Assembly (NCBI RefSeq): GCF_008000775.2 | Contig: NZ_CP042905.2 | Span: 1,710,001 to 1,742,000, forward strand | DNA length: 32,000 nt | Direction of reading: 5' to 3' | Source: Promethearchaeum syntrophicum | GTDB taxonomy: Archaea; Asgardarchaeota; Lokiarchaeia; Sigyniarchaeales; Promethearchaeaceae | Shown here: positions 28,120 through 32,000 of the stretch, piece after piece | How positions within the stretch are numbered: position 1 is the first letter of the stretch | How the letters are laid out: every line of letters begins with the position of its first letter | The notes under the pieces: model-generated | The model's input: only the letters and a program-made list of their open reading frames with translations | Databases searched by the model: none | What the model was told of the DNA's origin: nothing | Translations under genes and position numbers: made by a program

Positions 28120-28869
28120 CTATTCGAACGGAATGGGATCAATGGGAGGCTTAGGTGGAATATCTCCTCCACCACCTTGGTCTAAAGAAATAGATACTGT
28201 ACCCCAATTAATATATTGCAAATGATAAAGAAAGAATCCATCATCACCTATCAAGAGGGGTTCATAATCAATAATTGCTCTATCGCAAAAAATAGGTTTT
28301 AACCCTGAATTCACAAATGTAAATCGAGAAGTTATGTCTTGTTCTTCACAACATGCATCTTCATGTCCTGCCGCGGCAACTAAGGTAATACTAAACGAAA
28401 ACCGGCCTTCAAAATGCCCTGTTTCAAAATGTATCTTCCTGTCAAGAGCATTTGGCCGTACTTTCACTAAATCCGAAGCCCCTGTGGTAACTTCAATATT
28501 GAACCCTGATATTAGACCATTCCATTTCCATTCCTCAGAGGCGAGGCTAGTTACCATTACATAAGCAATAAACCCAACACCATCTTCATTATTGTCGGGA
28601 TCACGAGGATTTATGTATTTATCAGAACCAGAGACTGTTATTTTAAGACGAGGTACACCATCGGTAGTCATATAGTGGTCAGCTATAACCGTCCAACCAA
28701 CATATTCTTCAGCAATCGTTGATTTCGATTTTATACTATGAAATACACTGAAAGTATCCAGACTGGATGATTCAGCACTTACACTTGGGATTGTTCCAAT
28801 AGAAATGGACAATCCAATAAAGAAAACAACAAGTAGCCACTTTTTATTTGGTTTTCTCATTTTTATCAA
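28120..28869 (-). CDS. Predicted secreted protein
   Basis: Signal peptide NKKWLLVVFFIGLSISIGTIPSVSA; beta-rich mature region. Confidence 0.75.
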   Translation of the reverse strand: MIKMRKPNKKWLLVVFFIGLSISIGTIPSVSAESSSLDTFSVFHSIKSKSTIAEEYVGWTVIADHYMTTDGVPRLKITVSGSDKYINPRDPDNNEDGVGFIAYVMVTSLASEEWKWNGLISGFNIEVTTGASDLVKVRPNALDRKIHFETGHFEGRFSFSITLVAAAGHEDACCEEQDITSRFTFVNSGLKPIFCDRAIIDYEPLLIGDDGFFLYHLQYINWGTVSISLDQGGGGDIPPKPPIDPIPFE

Positions 28870-28874
28870 ATTCC

Positions 28875-28903
28875 ATGAATTCGTGTGAAAAAAACGAATT
28901 CAT
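28875..28903 (-). promoter_or_regulatory. Perfect 9-bp hairpin just upstream of secreted-protein start
   Basis: ATGAATTCG(28875-28883) / CGAATTCAT(28895-28903), 11-nt loop. Confidence 0.4.
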
Positions 28904-29167
28904 AAAAAAAAAATAAAATCACACTATATATTTGTTTGGGATACTATCAATTAATATTGAAAATGACATATTTAAAGTTAAAAAAAACATATAATCAAAA
29001 GTTACATGTTGGACGCGGCTTCTTCAAAAAACCAATCTATATAAAAAAAGGCAGATAGGCAAAGTAAAGCAATCCCGACAACAGTTCCCCAGAAAAATAA
29101 AGTTTTTTTTCTCATGGTAAAGAATTAAAAAAACTGGAGTATATAAAATCGAAATTAATTTTCAATA

Positions 29168-29752
29168 CTAGATAAATTGATTGTAAAAAATGGATATTTT
29201 TTGAGTAAGCGCTAAGATTACTCCATTGATATCATTGTTAAAAGAAAATTCATTCTCAGAACTGAAATCCCCAGAAAGATTATCTTCTCCAACCAACTCA
29301 TAAATCATAAGTTTGATGATATTTTTCTCACATCCTAAAATTTCAGCGATTTCGTTTAATGGAATTGTCTTTTTAATTTTAATCACTCCTTTAACTTGAT
29401 TCAAAATATTAGGAAGTTGAATTTGATCTTTTTGGACAACTACATTACTTGATTCAACACTTTCTCCTTCTGTTCCAACATCTTTATCGTCCTCCACTTC
29501 AATTTGTTGCTCTATTATCTTTTTTAACACATTTGGGAGTATTTTATCAATGGCTTTTTCAGTGAATACATTCATTGGAATAAATTTTCCCAAAAAATTC
29601 TTTATTTTAGGACTTATTTCATCCAATATTGCATCTACCCCTAGATCAACCAGTTTCTTAGCCGCCTCTGGGTTTTCATCCAGAAATTGTCTTATATATT
29701 TTTCAACTTTCTGAGTCAATTTTGACCGATTGGATGTTGTACCTAATCCCAT
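29168..29752 (-). CDS. Hypothetical protein
   Basis: 194-aa ORF with helical N-terminus (RQFLDENPEAAKKLVDLGVDAILDEISPKIKNFL). Confidence 0.6.
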   Translation of the reverse strand: MGLGTTSNRSKLTQKVEKYIRQFLDENPEAAKKLVDLGVDAILDEISPKIKNFLGKFIPMNVFTEKAIDKILPNVLKKIIEQQIEVEDDKDVGTEGESVESSNVVVQKDQIQLPNILNQVKGVIKIKKTIPLNEIAEILGCEKNIIKLMIYELVGEDNLSGDFSSENEFSFNNDINGVILALTQKISIFYNQFI

Positions 29753-29826
29753 ACGTTATATTTTCAAGCTTCATTTAATAAATTTCTATTTTTGTTATTA
29801 AAAACACACACTTAGAATAATCTTGC

Positions 29827-31086
29827 ATGGGAGTAAAATTAAAAAAACTTATAGAATCTTCGTTTATTCCTCTAACGGAAATCAAAGGAACCAAAGTTGC
29901 GGTGGATGGGATGAACATGCTTTTTCAAATTCTTTATAATCCTTACCAAATGGCACAAAAACTCCCCGATATTTTCTACATGGATTCCACCCAGCGCGTA
30001 ATTACTCACCTCTATGGATGGTTGCAAAAGATCACCCAATTCTATAAAGCCAATATCTTTCCTGTGATTGTGTTTGATGGTAAACCCGATCCTTACAAAC
30101 GACTCACAACCAAAGATTATGCTCGGGATTATTTGGCGGTAAAAAAAAAATATGAGAACGCAATTGAAAAAGGAGACTCTCAAAGGGCAAAAAAATTCGC
30201 CTTATCCAAATCGTTCATGTTCCTAAATTGCATCCACGAATCCAAACTACTGCTCGAAATGTGTGGAATTCCTGTCATAATGGCCCCCTCCGAAGCCGAA
30301 GCCCAATGTGTGTCCCTCCAAAAAGAAGGGTTGGTCGAGTATGTGGTATCCACTGATTTTGATGTCATGTTGTACGGATCCCCACAAATTATCCGAAAAA
30401 TTACCTTTCAAAGCCGAAAAAAAATCCAAGGCAAGTGGGTATCCTATCAACCTAATATTGAACTGATTGAGACCTTTGCGAATTTGGATCGCATGGAAAT
30501 TACCCTTAAGCAGTTGGTTGACCTAAGTATTTTGGTGGGTAATGATTATTATCCAGGAGTCAAAAAAATCGGTCCATCGAAAGCCCTGCAGTCCATTAAG
30601 TATTTTAAGACTCTGGAGCGGATCATGCACAAACACCCGCATTTATTTTCCAATCTTTCACTCCAAAAAATTCACCGCATCCGGGAAATGTTTCAAAATC
30701 CCGAAGTTATCCGAAAACCCAAAATAACCCCTCACCCACTTAATCTGGATGGATTAAGAAAATTAATGACCGATGATCATTCATTAAATTCAGAACGAGT
30801 AGAAAAAAGGTTAACAACTTTAGAAAAAAGGCACACAAAGATGGCCAAGAAGTGGGATTTCGAATTGGAAAAACTCATTTATGAAAGAGATAATAACACC
30901 AATAAATTCCTGCAAAGACAGTTGGATCGCGCCAAAAAGAAGATTCCCGATAGATTTACTCCGAAATTAGAATTTATATCAGCCATCAATTACAAAAAAT
31001 CAAAAACCAAATCAAAACGAAAGCCACGAGTCCAACAAAAAATATATCATAAAAAATTAATTTTGAAACACAAAAAGGAGGTATAA
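29827..31086 (+). CDS. fen: Flap endonuclease FEN1 (XPG family)
   Basis: KVAVDGMNMLFQI, VFDGKPDPYK, APSEAEAQC, STDFDVMLYG, LVGNDYYPGVKKIGPSKAL. Confidence 0.93.
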   Translation: MGVKLKKLIESSFIPLTEIKGTKVAVDGMNMLFQILYNPYQMAQKLPDIFYMDSTQRVITHLYGWLQKITQFYKANIFPVIVFDGKPDPYKRLTTKDYARDYLAVKKKYENAIEKGDSQRAKKFALSKSFMFLNCIHESKLLLEMCGIPVIMAPSEAEAQCVSLQKEGLVEYVVSTDFDVMLYGSPQIIRKITFQSRKKIQGKWVSYQPNIELIETFANLDRMEITLKQLVDLSILVGNDYYPGVKKIGPSKALQSIKYFKTLERIMHKHPHLFSNLSLQKIHRIREMFQNPEVIRKPKITPHPLNLDGLRKLMTDDHSLNSERVEKRLTTLEKRHTKMAKKWDFELEKLIYERDNNTNKFLQRQLDRAKKKIPDRFTPKLEFISAINYKKSKTKSKRKPRVQQKIYHKKLILKHKKEV

Positions 31087-31498
31087 AAAAAATAGATCTA
31101 CTCAAAAAAGAATTAAATTTGCATATCTTGACTCCATTGTTCCTTGCATTCTATAGAGCAAAATTTATAATTTTGTTGTTCTTGACATTTGTTGATGTGG
31201 GTTTTAAACCGTTTCGGGAGCGGTTTCAAGCATATTTCACACTGAAGATATTCCGAAGGATTCAACCTTTTCACAAGAATCACCAAAAGATGACCAAATT
31301 TTAGCGAAGTCTCTAAAATTTCTTTTTTGTGTGAAATGTGGACATAAAAATACTGTTACAGACCGCTTCTGTAAAAATTGTGGCAGGGAAATAAACGAAT
31401 CTCCTGATTAAAAATAATCCTGTCGTTTTTTTTATTATTATTTCTTTTTTTTTTTCTTCAGATTTTGATATTATAAATACCAACTAACTAACATTTCC

Positions 31499-31810
31499 AT
31501 GGAATCCACTTTACGATCCCAAACCGTCCCTATCAACCCGCGTGAAATTAAAAAACATTCCGTTCTTTCTCAGAAATGCCCCATTTGTAAGCAAGAAATA
31601 TCATTTGGCGTCGAACACGGGTTTTTAGAGAAAGTCGAACGATATCCTTATCCTCATGTGATTTTACATGGGGATCCGCTTCATGCACTTATAGTCTATA
31701 TTGATGCGGATTTTCTGATTCGGGGGGCGGACACGGCGCGAAGTATTGAAATTCACCGCAATAGCAATACTTTTTCGCAGATCATTAAGAAGTGGAGTAA
31801 TCCATATTAA
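31499..31810 (+). CDS. Small zinc-binding-like hypothetical protein
   Basis: 103-aa ORF with CPICKQEISFGVEHGF. Confidence 0.7.
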   Translation: MESTLRSQTVPINPREIKKHSVLSQKCPICKQEISFGVEHGFLEKVERYPYPHVILHGDPLHALIVYIDADFLIRGADTARSIEIHRNSNTFSQIIKKWSNPY

Positions 31811-31835
31811 TCAAATAAAAAAGGAGAAAAAACCT

Positions 31836-32000
31836 ATGGCAACCCAAACCCAAACCCAAGTTCGAAATCACGATTCGAATCGAAAATTTGTTCGGTGTGC
31901 AATGTGTGAAAACGAAGCAACTCAACAACATTTTGTGGATGCGGCAGGCGGAATCTTGTGTGTGTGTGATAATTGTAATTTCATTTTAGAACTCAAAGAT
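31836..32000 (+). CDS. Partial small CxxC-rich protein (truncated by window end)
   Basis: AAGGAG then ATG 31836; MATQTQTQVRNHDSNRKFVRCAMCENEATQQHFVDAAGGILCVCDNCNFILELKD, two CxxC pairs. Confidence 0.65.
   Translation, partial: MATQTQTQVRNHDSNRKFVRCAMCENEATQQHFVDAAGGILCVCDNCNFILELKD

Noticed and set aside
1758-28903. Apparent relationship between the GAATTC-containing hairpins at 1757-1779 and 28875-28903
   Set aside because: Only about 8 nt in common, different loops and contexts; likely coincidence.
1-32000. CRISPR array, rRNA or tRNA genes
   Set aside because: No regularly spaced direct repeats and no convincing tRNA T-arm/acceptor combination seen; a tRNAscan-SE run would be needed to exclude intron-containing tRNAs.

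Overview
AT-rich archaeal window. Eukaryote-like small GTPases, a LURP-one-like protein, a METTL16/RlmF-like methyltransferase and archaeal-type repair genes suggest an Asgard/Lokiarchaeota-like source (inference). Main content: (1) three tandem paralogous membrane proteins with C-terminal zinc ribbons, the array interrupted by an IS110-family insertion sequence with a ~340-nt GC-rich noncoding 5' segment (bridge-RNA candidate); (2) a methyltransferase, a canonical small GTPase, a decayed GTPase remnant and, further on, a P-loop-less pseudo-GTPase; (3) a 979-aa orphan protein divergent from a coupled gene pair (C2H2-finger protein plus a large protein with an ATPase-like N-terminal half, degenerate Walker A, and a PD-(D/E)xK-like motif): the best candidate for an undescribed protein system; (4) repair/recombination genes spread over the window: XPF/ERCC4-type nuclease, a coupled cluster (coiled-coil / RecA-RadB-like ATPase / Ski2-like helicase with SWIM-like CxC...CxH motif), RadA and FEN1; (5) a ~156-nt multibranch inverted-repeat element at 24417-24572 (long closing stem plus three internal hairpins with G-U wobbles valid only on the + strand, and an upstream TATA-like box): the best candidate for an undescribed structured RNA, or alternatively a small mobile element. 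I saw no CRISPR array, rRNA or convincing tRNA.
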